A stretch of 37,065 bases of DNA from Pseudomonadota bacterium. Its GTDB lineage: Bacteria > Bdellovibrionota_B > Oligoflexia > Oligoflexales > CAIMVM01. Shown in pieces: positions 10,015 to 19,133 of this stretch. Positions within the stretch are counted from its first letter, which is position 1. Every line of letters begins with the position of its first letter. The position numbers were made by a program, and so were the translations under genes. The stretch spans positions 1-37,065 of the forward strand of contig JBAXBA010000033.1 of the NCBI GenBank assembly GCA_037142195.1. The letters are read 5' to 3'. The notes below the pieces were generated by a model. It saw only the letters and a list, made by a program, of their open reading frames with translations. It did no database searches and was not told the DNA's origin.

Positions 10015-10315
10015 AAGAGAGTTTTGAATTCGGATCAAACCGGATCTCTTCAAAAACGTTTGGACCTCTATCTTTTACTCCCGACCCCGTTTTTTGCCTT
10101 GTGACGCCATCTTGAATGGCAGCGCGTTTGCAATGGACTTCCATCGGCGGACCACATGAAAATTCGACACGAAGTATCGGATTTTCACGATAGCAGGAAA
10201 AATTCTAGGAAGTCAATGTGTTATCATAGTTGAGTGGCGATGTCGAGCGATGCCCAGGACGGCTTGGCCTGCCTTTGCGGCGGCATCGTAAAAGATTGAC
10301 CGCAGATCAGGGTCT

Positions 10316-10681
10316 TTGGCGGTAAGGAGCCATGGGGAGTACGTGATCTACCAAATGGGTTGCAGCTTCTACTTGGCGTTTGGCACAACAGGAGGTACAG
10401 AAGCCTCTTTTCTTGCGGCTAAAGGCAACTACCTTCACTTTTTGACAGCTATTGCAGACTAGTCTTACACACCTCTAGGCTATTATCCCATACCTTTGAA
10501 AAGCATCGAACTCTTTAATCACATAGTTTGGTAATGGTCGTCCTTCCCTGTCTCTCTCCGAGATAAAAGTGTTTAGGTGATTTTGAAGGATGCGGTAGCA
10601 AGGAGTAAGCTCTGGACGTCGACGCATGTTGATAACTGGCTTTGAAGTTTTGGCAGATTCATTAACCGAGAAATTTGCCAA
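10316..10681 (-). pseudogene. IS91/ISCR-family transposase, N-terminal Zn-binding fragment
   Basis: RRRPELTPCYRILQNHL..LPNYVIKEFDAFQRYG, in-frame TAG at 10475-10477, then VRLVCNSC..VVAFSRKKRGFCTSCCAKRQVEAATHLVDHVLPMAPYRQ. Two expected Cys are mutated; similarity stops after PYRQ. Confidence 0.88.
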
Positions 10682-10906
10682 ACCTGACTATCATAGCAGA
10701 AATGACAAAATACCCCTGGCAAATGGTGGCATGACGCAACGACCAACCAGGCCTACTTTAGAGGAAAGGTCTTCTTCACTTATTACGGCGGCTTAGAGCC
10801 ACAAAAGCCAGCTCCGTCTAGCTTCTTTGACGATTACATTTGCATTGGCAGAAAAAACGAACAACAATCCCTTAGGACTTAAAAATACCTGTTGGGAATG
10901 CCGCCG

Positions 10907-11887
10907 ATGAACACCGATTTTTCCAGTAAAATAGAAAATGCTAAAATTGATTTCTCACCGAAAACCATCGATACTCTGCAACTCAATCTGACTAAGATGT
11001 GCAATCAAGCATGTACTCACTGCCATGTAGACTCTTCACCTCGCCGGCGCGAAGCCATGTCCCATGAGCTATTAGAACGTGCCTTAACTCTTTTGGAGGC
11101 GGATACCAGAGTCACCACCATTGACTTAACGGGCGGGGCGCCGGAGCTTCATGGGGATTTTAAGTGGTTTTTGAGTGAATTGACCCGCCTTCGTCGCCGG
11201 GTCATAGTGAGGCATAATCTTACAGTCACATGGGACCCACATCCGTTAACGGGCGAGTCCATGGAGTATCTTCCTGAGTTTTTTAAGGAGAATCGATTGG
11301 AGATCGTCTCCTCTCTTCCCTACTACCAAGAGTATTTTACCGACCGCCAAAGGGGTGATGGCGTCTTTCAAAAGTCCATAAAGTCCCTTCAAATCCTCAA
11401 TCGCCTCGGCTTTGGGAAGTCTGGTTCAGGACTTATTCTCGATCTCGTGTACAATCCGGTGGGACCTTTTCTACCAGCTTCACAAAAGGGGCTTGAGAAC
11501 GACTATAAAAGAGAACTAAAACAAAAATTTGACATCGAATTTTCAAAACTATTCGCAATCACCAATATGCCGATCAATCGCTTTGCTTATCAGCTTAAGA
11601 AACTGGGTTCCTATGAGGAGTATATGGAGAAGCTCCATACCGCTTTTAATGTGAGCGCAGCAGAAAGCGTCATGTGCCGCAACATGGTTAGCGTCGGTCA
11701 CGATGGGAGGGTTTTTGATTGTGATTTCAATCAAATGTTAAATATGGATTTCAAGAAGAACGAAAAGTCTTTAACTCTTTTTGATATTGATTTTGAGACG
11801 TTTTCTAAACGAACGATTCAGGTTGCCAATCACTGCTATGGCTGCACAGCCGGAGAAGGTTCCAGCTGTGGCGGCAGTTTAGTATAA
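10907..11887 (+). CDS. arsS: ArsS-family (arsenosugar biosynthesis) radical SAM / Cys-rich domain protein
   Basis: TLQLN..CNQACTHCHV, DLTGGAPE, LVYNP, ITNMPI.RF, MCR..SV..DG..DCDFNQ and the C-terminal HCYGCTAGEGSSCGG. Start could be 10892, 10898 or 10907. Confidence 0.88.
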   Translation: MNTDFSSKIENAKIDFSPKTIDTLQLNLTKMCNQACTHCHVDSSPRRREAMSHELLERALTLLEADTRVTTIDLTGGAPELHGDFKWFLSELTRLRRRVIVRHNLTVTWDPHPLTGESMEYLPEFFKENRLEIVSSLPYYQEYFTDRQRGDGVFQKSIKSLQILNRLGFGKSGSGLILDLVYNPVGPFLPASQKGLENDYKRELKQKFDIEFSKLFAITNMPINRFAYQLKKLGSYEEYMEKLHTAFNVSAAESVMCRNMVSVGHDGRVFDCDFNQMLNMDFKKNEKSLTLFDIDFETFSKRTIQVANHCYGCTAGEGSSCGGSLV

Positions 11888-11914
11888 TCTTTTACTTTCT
11901 TTTGGAGACGAACC

Positions 11915-12253
11915 ATGGCGAACTATTATGAATCCTCTGACCTTAAAAAATTTGGCGAGGTCGGCACCTTTGCTAAAGAAAAAATGGATAAATTCTGGGC
12001 CTACTACAATGATGTCACGGGGACCGATTCCGCACTTTCTAAACGAGAAAAAAGTCTCATAGCCTTGGCAGTGGCTTTTGCTAAGCAATGCCCCTATTGC
12101 ATTGATGCCTATACCACCGCTTGTCTCGAAAACGGGTCCAACCCCGAGCAAATGCACGAAGCCTTGCACATTGTTTCTGCAATGGAGGCTGGCATCGCTT
12201 TAGTGCATGGGGTTCAAATGCAAAATGTCCTCAAATCTAAAGGCGCTATGTAA
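11915..12253 (+). CDS. AhpD/CMD-family peroxidase-like protein associated with ArsS
   Basis: YY..DLKKFG, ALSKREKSLIALAVA..QCPYCIDAY, LVHGVQM; GGAG RBS; directly follows arsS. Confidence 0.88.
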   Translation: MANYYESSDLKKFGEVGTFAKEKMDKFWAYYNDVTGTDSALSKREKSLIALAVAFAKQCPYCIDAYTTACLENGSNPEQMHEALHIVSAMEAGIALVHGVQMQNVLKSKGAM

Positions 12254-12393
12254 GCACTAGAAAAGTGAGTCTTCCTCGTATTTAAGGCCCCCACTTCTTC
12301 TCAAACATCTTGAGACCCAAGTTTACGATCCTTAAAACTGGACCTTTTATCACTCGCTCGATTTTTTAGGAAATTCTTGAATCCGAAATCCGG

Positions 12394-12417
12394 TAGGGAG
12401 TCCGTGGAGACTCCCTA
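12394..12417. terminator. Hairpin between convergent operons
   Basis: TAGGGAGTC-CGTGGA-GACTCCCTA, a perfect 9-bp stem 17 nt past the symporter stop; no strong U-tract. Confidence 0.5.
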
Positions 12418-12434
12418 TGGATGGGCTATTGCAT

Positions 12435-14288
12435 CTATTTAGCATCCGTGGTCGTATCTGATAGATGGCGGTACCAGCCAAAGTAAAGACCTACTGTCAA
12501 AATCAATGACAATCCTAATGCCAAAGAAAAGTGATCCCAACGCTTCATTACAAAAAGTATGCCGGTCATAAATAAGGCCATTTGCCAAGGGACAGCCATA
12601 AAGATACCCAAGACATCTCGCTTCACTTCTTTTGAAATCTCTAATTGATCTTTGAGGGGAAGTTCATCATGGATTTTACCCCAAAAACCAAACGGCTTCG
12701 TCTTAAAATAGAAGTTTTTAAGGACACTTCTATCGGTCGGTTTAGTGAGCATGGAGCCAAGAATGGAGCCCGTCAGACTGAGCAAAGAGGGAATAAACAA
12801 ATTCCAAGCTTCCATAAGATGCATCGCTTTGACCTGGTCCAAAAAACCTCCCAAAGGAAGAAAGCGAACTCCGACGGCTCCGATCATACCTAGAAGTGTT
12901 CCCCATGCAAATCCCCAGCCATTAAACCGCCACCAGTACCAACGGAGAACTAGGGGGATAAAAAGACTAGGCCCGAAGGCTAGAGTCAACCAGCCAAAAA
13001 TATCATTCACATTCACTACGGGAAAGGAAAATGCCACGCCTAAAACAACGATCCAAAGAGAAGCCCAGCGACTCTGCTTGACGAGAGTTTTCTCAGACGC
13101 ATCTTTAGAAATAAAGGCTTGATAGATATCTTTTGTCCAGTATGCAGAGCCTGCGTTGATGATTGCGGTAAACGTCGAAAGCGCAGCAGCCAAAAAGCTC
13201 GATACTAACAGCCCTTTAAAACCAATAGGAACATAGGTATTAATAATTGCAGGAAGTATCAGTTCTGGATCAGAAATAGCCCCGTAATGAGCTGAATAGT
13301 CGAGCGCAAGAAGAGCAAATGCCGTTACCAAAGGCCATCTAAAAGAAAGTAGAAAAATCCAAAACAGAGATAACAATCCGGCTTCTCGATCGGAGCGCGC
13401 GGCAAAATATCTTTGGCCCATATAGCCCCCTGCTCCGCCTAATCCTTCGATAATTGTCTTTAAAACATAAAAACTGACGGTGAGTGCGAAGAGGTTATAA
13501 TTGGCATAGTCACTTGTATCAGGAAGAGAAAGATTTTTAGAAGGCCACATACTGGACCAAGACTCAAAATGATTCAAAAAAGGAACAAAGTCCTTTCCAG
13601 CGGGCAAAGAAACCATAAATTCATCGGGAACATGGACTAAGCTCATGGCCTTAATCACAATATAGACGACCGCACAAAGGATAAATCCTCCTTGGATAAC
13701 GTCTGTCCAAACGACGCCGTAAAATCCGGAAGCCAGGGTGTAAACCAGGCCCAGAGAAATCAGAAGAATAGAGGCTAGTTGAGGTGCGCTCATTCCCAAA
13801 ATCATGCCGTTTAACCCCATGAGCTCCGCTAAAAACTTCCCTCCCCCCACAGCAAAATAGGAGATAAGCCAGACATGCACTACCAACTGACTGATGGCAG
13901 CTAGTGCTCGCGCTGTTTGTCCTTCTTTTGTAACCCCAAACCTAAACGTCATCCATTCGGCCATGGTCATCACTCCAGCTCGCCTCGACCATTTGCCCAT
14001 AAAAATCATAAAAAACGCCATCACGAGAACCACGTCACCTCGAATGCCAATATAGAGGGCCTTCGCCCCCAGTGCGTAAATTAAAGCAACAATGACCATG
14101 GTTCCCGACACATCAATGTTGGAAGCCATCCCTGAAGCGCCTAGGGCCCACCAGGGGATATTTCTGTCACCTAGAAAAAAAGAGGAAATCCCTTTGGATG
14201 CCTTTTTCTGCATGGCGAATCCCAGCCATAGGGTAATGCCGATGGAAATCAAAATGATGACATAGTCGATCCAAGTTAGAGTACTCAT
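12435..14288 (-). CDS. Sodium:solute symporter (SSS) family sugar transporter
   Basis: FFLGDRNIPWWALGAS, GVVWTDVIQ, QRYFAARS, LAAALSTF; many TM helices; ATG 14288 overlaps the epimerase stop. Confidence 0.92.
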   Translation of the reverse strand: MSTLTWIDYVIILISIGITLWLGFAMQKKASKGISSFFLGDRNIPWWALGASGMASNIDVSGTMVIVALIYALGAKALYIGIRGDVVLVMAFFMIFMGKWSRRAGVMTMAEWMTFRFGVTKEGQTARALAAISQLVVHVWLISYFAVGGGKFLAELMGLNGMILGMSAPQLASILLISLGLVYTLASGFYGVVWTDVIQGGFILCAVVYIVIKAMSLVHVPDEFMVSLPAGKDFVPFLNHFESWSSMWPSKNLSLPDTSDYANYNLFALTVSFYVLKTIIEGLGGAGGYMGQRYFAARSDREAGLLSLFWIFLLSFRWPLVTAFALLALDYSAHYGAISDPELILPAIINTYVPIGFKGLLVSSFLAAALSTFTAIINAGSAYWTKDIYQAFISKDASEKTLVKQSRWASLWIVVLGVAFSFPVVNVNDIFGWLTLAFGPSLFIPLVLRWYWWRFNGWGFAWGTLLGMIGAVGVRFLPLGGFLDQVKAMHLMEAWNLFIPSLLSLTGSILGSMLTKPTDRSVLKNFYFKTKPFGFWGKIHDELPLKDQLEISKEVKRDVLGIFMAVPWQMALFMTGILFVMKRWDHFSLALGLSLILTVGLYFGWYRHLSDTTTDAK

Positions 14289-15454
14289 AGCGATAACTCC
14301 TTTAACAATCTTTTTACTAACCAAAGGGCCCTAGGTACGTGAAAGCATCCTTTGTAGGGCCCGCCTTTAAACCTGTGAGTAACCTCACCACTTCGGTCCA
14401 AATAACCAAACCACTCCCCATGTTGGGGATCCGGGAAATGGGAAAACGTATACTCATGGGTGGTCATAAATAAGTCCCAGTCCCTTGGGTCCCCGGTTTC
14501 TTTAAAGTTAAGCAAGTGCGCATAGAGCGCCTCGCAGTGGGGCCACCACAATTTCATATTCCATTCTAGGGGAAGAGGAGAAAATCCTTTGGCATCGATA
14601 AAGTAGAACAATCCGCCCTTTTCTTTATCCCAACCCAGTTCATGGGACCATCTCGCCATATTAAGGGCATGATTTTTCCAGTCAGGACGATTCAGACGCT
14701 TGGCCCAATGCATCAAAAACCAGCCTCCTTCAATGGCATGCCCAGGGTTTATAAGCCTACCCTGGGGAGAATCTAGGAGCTCACCTTTAGGACCCACATT
14801 TTCAAAAACCATTTTTTGTGGGCTATTTACATGTTCCAGCATCTCCTCGACGCAGAACTCGATTTCTTTGGCCCATTTGGAAATATCCGAACCACAGATC
14901 TCTTCAAAGAGATTCAGAAGTATCATGGGTACCGCTAGAGTTTGTGAGGGAGTTTCTCCTGCAAAGGAAGGTCCTCTGAGATCTTCTGGATGAAATGCCC
15001 ATCTCCAAATCTGGCTAAGAAGTTCCTGAGCCTTATCGAGATACCAAGAGTCTCCGCTTGCTTTCCCATACTCAGAAAAGCCCAGGGCGACGAAACAAGC
15101 GGAATACATTTTACGCTGATATTGGACGGGTTTGCCATCCTCTGACAAAGAAAACATCACTCGACCGTCAGGTAGTATGGCATGCCTTCTTAAAAAATCA
15201 GCACCGCTCTTAGCAATCTTCAACCACTCAGGATTCTGGACTTCTGTATTATAGAGTTTTGAAAACATCCAAACCTGTCGGCCTTGAAGCCAAATGTGTT
15301 TGGTTCTGTCATACACCGTACCATCAGCGTCGAGACAGTTGAAATATCCGCCATGATGGGCATCTAAAGAATGCTTCTCCCAAAACGGGATGACTCGGTT
15401 GAAAAGTTCATCTTCGTAGACCTTATGAAGCTCTTTTATCTTCCCGGAATTCAT
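14285..15454 (-). CDS. N-acylglucosamine 2-epimerase (AGE/NanE-type, ManNAc<->GlcNAc)
   Basis: IPFWEKHSLD..GGYF.CLD, K..WLQGRQVW, NPGHAIE..WF, KLWWPH.E, GEWFGYL, KGGPYKGCFHVPR; ATG 15454 overlaps the upstream TGA. Confidence 0.92.
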   Translation of the reverse strand: MNSGKIKELHKVYEDELFNRVIPFWEKHSLDAHHGGYFNCLDADGTVYDRTKHIWLQGRQVWMFSKLYNTEVQNPEWLKIAKSGADFLRRHAILPDGRVMFSLSEDGKPVQYQRKMYSACFVALGFSEYGKASGDSWYLDKAQELLSQIWRWAFHPEDLRGPSFAGETPSQTLAVPMILLNLFEEICGSDISKWAKEIEFCVEEMLEHVNSPQKMVFENVGPKGELLDSPQGRLINPGHAIEGGWFLMHWAKRLNRPDWKNHALNMARWSHELGWDKEKGGLFYFIDAKGFSPLPLEWNMKLWWPHCEALYAHLLNFKETGDPRDWDLFMTTHEYTFSHFPDPQHGEWFGYLDRSGEVTHRFKGGPYKGCFHVPRALWLVKRLLKELSL

Positions 15455-16359
15455 TTTAGGCTCCTTTGCCATCTACGGTACTTTCTATTCAAAGCACGGG
15501 CTGCGGGATGATCCGCATGGGGACTCATAAAGTGCGAGTATTCAAATGTGATCAGTTTCGACATATTGGCTTTTTCCGCTTGTTCGATCTTGTATCGTAG
15601 CTTTCTAAAGTCGATGGGAGGAAACTTAATGTGAACATCGCGATCAAACGACTCCACATTAGACCAGGATTCAATCCCTCGTTTTGTTGCAAGTTCCCGA
15701 TTCGCCGTTAAATAATCGGGAAGATATTCGAGCGGGACGTGCCCATCTTGGAAGGCCACAATGTCCACCAAGCCTTCAAGTCTTCTAAATACCTGCTCCC
15801 ATTCTTCAATATGATGTTCCAGACTGATGGCTTCGCCAGGAAATTGTTTGACTCCTTTGATATAAGGGGAAATCAAAATGGGTATCGATTTAAGCTTTTT
15901 CAAATGTTCAGAAAGGTCTGTATAAACCCCCATCATCCCATCAGAGAACGTATTGATTTCATGGGATATGTACCATCCTGAAAAAGCACGTCGATCGCCG
16001 TACTTTTCCATAACTTCGCTGCAAAAATCTTTATTCACTTGAACTTCTTCTTTGTAATGACCCTCATTCCAAAGATCGCCTGAATCATATGTTCCAAAAA
16101 AGAATTTCATACCTGTTCGCTCGGCTTCGCGCAGATAAAGATCTACCAGATCTTCGTAGGCCGGCATCATTTTGAAGTTTCTATTTAAAACTTTAGAGTC
16201 AAACGTAGCCCGCTCCCTGTAGCCGGCTCGAATCAAAATCACAGTATCGATGCCGTCTTCTTTCATGGCATCAAAATCCTTGGCCCAATCTTCTTCACTC
16301 CAATTTTGCGACGAAATATCATGAGTTATTTCATCTAAAAACGTTCCTGTTACCTTCAT
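15451..16359 (-). CDS. DUF4434 family putative TIM-barrel glycoside hydrolase, cytoplasmic
   Basis: MKVTGTFLDEITHDI..QNW..DF..MK..GIDTVILIR.GY; candidate catalytic glutamates in GWYISHE and WSNVESF; AFQDG; no signal peptide. Confidence 0.82.
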   Translation of the reverse strand: MKVTGTFLDEITHDISSQNWSEEDWAKDFDAMKEDGIDTVILIRAGYRERATFDSKVLNRNFKMMPAYEDLVDLYLREAERTGMKFFFGTYDSGDLWNEGHYKEEVQVNKDFCSEVMEKYGDRRAFSGWYISHEINTFSDGMMGVYTDLSEHLKKLKSIPILISPYIKGVKQFPGEAISLEHHIEEWEQVFRRLEGLVDIVAFQDGHVPLEYLPDYLTANRELATKRGIESWSNVESFDRDVHIKFPPIDFRKLRYKIEQAEKANMSKLITFEYSHFMSPHADHPAARALNRKYRRWQRSLK

Positions 16360-18968
16360 ACACACCTCAGCGTAATGATTTCTGAAGGTTTAAAACGAAT
16401 CGTAAACCTTCCGTCTTGTGACTTAATAATTTCTAAATGCCTCTCTCCGTCCAAGGACGTTTTTTGGAGCTCTTTAAACTGCGGGATAAGCAATATAAAG
16501 TCGTCTGCAACCGATGACTGGTTATAAATTCTTATTTCCAGGGCAGCCCCCCTCCTTCGGCAACTTGTTAGAACCAAACGAGGATCTAGAGTTTGTATCA
16601 AAGATTCAGACTGAAATTCCTGTTCCACTCCCTTGGCATAACGCAGATAGGGGACTTCTGTGACATAGATAGGGGTGGTAAAAGAACGGGCACACCTTGT
16701 CGCTTCGTCCAGAGACAGAGTGCCTAAGCCTAAACAAAACTCATGATGATGCTCACCTAATACCTGAGCATAAGGAGTAGGAATGCTGGGACCTGCTTGA
16801 CAACCCCTGATTCGTCCGCCTCCGACCGACAGCATACCAATGGATCGGTGAAGGGTAAGTGCGATCCCATCTTCTAAAAGTTCCCACTCCGGATGCCCGC
16901 GATTTGCTAACCACAACCTTTGACTTTTGCTGGAATCCTCTAACAGGACAAACTCGCCCTGGTGCCTCGTATCATAAGGCAACTCCCCAGGATAGGCTCG
17001 AGGGGCATGGGATGACGGTGAGAGAGGAGTCCTTGCTTGCCGAAGCAATCGAAAGTGACCATCTGAAATCCCTTCCAGGCAATTGAACCCGGGTTTTATA
17101 ACAAGTCTGAGGCGACCATCTTTTACTCGATTGTCGTAGCGGACAGAAAACTCGAGCCCTGCGCCCGAGGATAGGGAAAAGTCCACCGATATTTCAAGGA
17201 TCTCCGGTTTAACGGATCGTCCAGAAGAGTGCCTAACGTGCACCTCATAGCCTACTCTAAGGGACCTCTGTCTTGGTTCTACGGATACGATCTTTGAAAG
17301 AACTTGAGTGCCTTCCGTAATGCTTGCCGAGTAGGTGTCACCTAAATCTTCTTGCCACTCAAAAGACAGAAAATTCTTTACTTCAAGGTTTCCCTCTTGG
17401 CTTCTAAGAACTATTTGGTGAGAGGATGCCTCAAATTCAAAACCATAGCCCGAAATGTGATTCGTAGCGGGCTCAAGGGAAAGCTCCCGAGGGACCTCCT
17501 CTATGGTGACGATCTGATATTGAAGGGATTTCATTTCAGCAGGAAAAAGAATCTCATAGGACCTTCCCCAGGTCGTCTCTAAAAATCGGTTTCGAATGTC
17601 CATGGGAATCGTGCTTTTCACAGTAACCGGAACGGTTTTACCATCCGGAAATCGACACTGCAAAGCAGCCGAAGGAGTCGCCGAAGCAAACTCACCTAAG
17701 GGATTTGGAATTAAAATTTTTGCACTTAATTGACCTGAAAACGGGGTGGGGTTTGGATTAAAGAGAAATAACCTCGTAGCCATCTTGCCATCTACCGGTC
17801 CTAAACCTTCACAGAGCGCCAAGGCCTCTATTTTCTCTAAGATCAAATCTTGGGAGAGGGCCAAGATTCGATGAAAGCGAACTTCATCTTCTTTATGAAC
17901 ATCGTCTTGAGAACACCCACAAATATCGTCATGGGCCTGATTTTTAAATAGTTTTTTCCACATTCCTTCTATAAAGACCTCTTGGGACGGACCATACTTT
18001 CGAAGCACATGCTGAAGAGGCTCTACATATCGCGTCAACATTTTCTCTGCGCGACGATTTAAAATCTTAAGCCGGATGTGGGTTGACCAGACACTACTTA
18101 AAATCGGATGATCTACATTTCCTAAAAGATCTCCAGAATAAGATGGTAAATTGCTTGCGGTAGATTTTAGTGCGCTGGTAAATCGGGACAATGTTGAAAT
18201 GCAAAGAGACATTCCTGATCGATTGAGTTCTTCTAGAATTTTTGGAAGTTCCGCTTGGATGGGCATATGGTCACAACCGTTAGGAAGCAAAATCGGTGCG
18301 GCTTTGCTTTGTAACTTTAGAGCCCCTTCTATACCGTCCGTGAGCCTTTTTCTGGCCAACTCAAGGTCTGGCTCACGTCCCTCATTTCTTCCCCACTGCT
18401 CTGGGTATCCCAAAGCCGATGCCTCAAGGTAGCCTCCAGGCTGATAGATCGCTAAGACCTCGGAGCCGCTTGCCGATTTCCAAATAAAGTGATTTCCTGC
18501 CTGGGACTTTAATTCGGAAGAAATTCCCCTCATAAAAATGAAGGACTCTATGCCAAAACCGGCTAAAACCTGCGGAAGTTCGGCTGGATGACCAAAGGGA
18601 TCCGGAACATAGCCGACCTTCATCCCGCCGCCAAATTCTTTGGCATGCTTCAAACCCATCTCGATATTTCGAATCAAAGACTCGCCACTGGCGAGCATAA
18701 GATCTGGAAGGGTATACCAGGGACCCATCTCAATCCTGTTACTAGCTGTTAGACGCTGGATCCTCTCGCGGTTTTCAGGCCTAATCTCTAAATAGTCATC
18801 GAGAATTACAGTCTGTCCATCCAAAGTAAAACTCGTAAAAGACTCGTCTTCTTCTAATACTTCCAGCACCTGATCGACAAATCGCACCAGACGGTGCCTA
18901 AACACTTCAAACGGTAGATACCAGGCACGGTCCCAATGTGTGTGTGGTACGACAAAGACGTTTTTCAA
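16356..18968 (-). CDS. GH38 alpha-mannosidase (MngB-like), cytoplasmic
   Basis: VVPHTHWDRAWY, LDGQ, GPWY, SGESLIRN, nucleophile motif GYVPDPFGH, NGCDH, HDDICGCS; TTG 18968 with GAGG RBS. Confidence 0.93.
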   Translation of the reverse strand: MKNVFVVPHTHWDRAWYLPFEVFRHRLVRFVDQVLEVLEEDESFTSFTLDGQTVILDDYLEIRPENRERIQRLTASNRIEMGPWYTLPDLMLASGESLIRNIEMGLKHAKEFGGGMKVGYVPDPFGHPAELPQVLAGFGIESFIFMRGISSELKSQAGNHFIWKSASGSEVLAIYQPGGYLEASALGYPEQWGRNEGREPDLELARKRLTDGIEGALKLQSKAAPILLPNGCDHMPIQAELPKILEELNRSGMSLCISTLSRFTSALKSTASNLPSYSGDLLGNVDHPILSSVWSTHIRLKILNRRAEKMLTRYVEPLQHVLRKYGPSQEVFIEGMWKKLFKNQAHDDICGCSQDDVHKEDEVRFHRILALSQDLILEKIEALALCEGLGPVDGKMATRLFLFNPNPTPFSGQLSAKILIPNPLGEFASATPSAALQCRFPDGKTVPVTVKSTIPMDIRNRFLETTWGRSYEILFPAEMKSLQYQIVTIEEVPRELSLEPATNHISGYGFEFEASSHQIVLRSQEGNLEVKNFLSFEWQEDLGDTYSASITEGTQVLSKIVSVEPRQRSLRVGYEVHVRHSSGRSVKPEILEISVDFSLSSGAGLEFSVRYDNRVKDGRLRLVIKPGFNCLEGISDGHFRLLRQARTPLSPSSHAPRAYPGELPYDTRHQGEFVLLEDSSKSQRLWLANRGHPEWELLEDGIALTLHRSIGMLSVGGGRIRGCQAGPSIPTPYAQVLGEHHHEFCLGLGTLSLDEATRCARSFTTPIYVTEVPYLRYAKGVEQEFQSESLIQTLDPRLVLTSCRRRGAALEIRIYNQSSVADDFILLIPQFKELQKTSLDGERHLEIIKSQDGRFTIRFKPSEIITLRCV

Positions 18969-19133
18969 AGAAACCTCTAGAATCTGGTCATGACTTTCGT
19001 GGAGCCTACACCAATAACCGGCACTTTCCAATTTAAAGAAATCCCATTTTAACGGCAGGTTTTAGACCAGATAAGAATGGGAAAACAACTCAAAAATTGC
19101 TCAAAAAGTAACTTGCACCCCTACGCGATAGCA

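Noticed and set aside
9741..10053. Two minus-strand ORFs of about 80 aa
   Set aside because: Antisense to the IS110 transposase remnant.
10080..10315. IS91 oriIS/terIS or the missing HUH segment
   Set aside because: No convincing end motif or HUH in the frames I read; left unassigned.
11830..11887. Selenocysteine in the ArsS C-terminus
   Set aside because: The relevant codons are TGC/TGT and the gene ends in TAA; there is no in-frame TGA.
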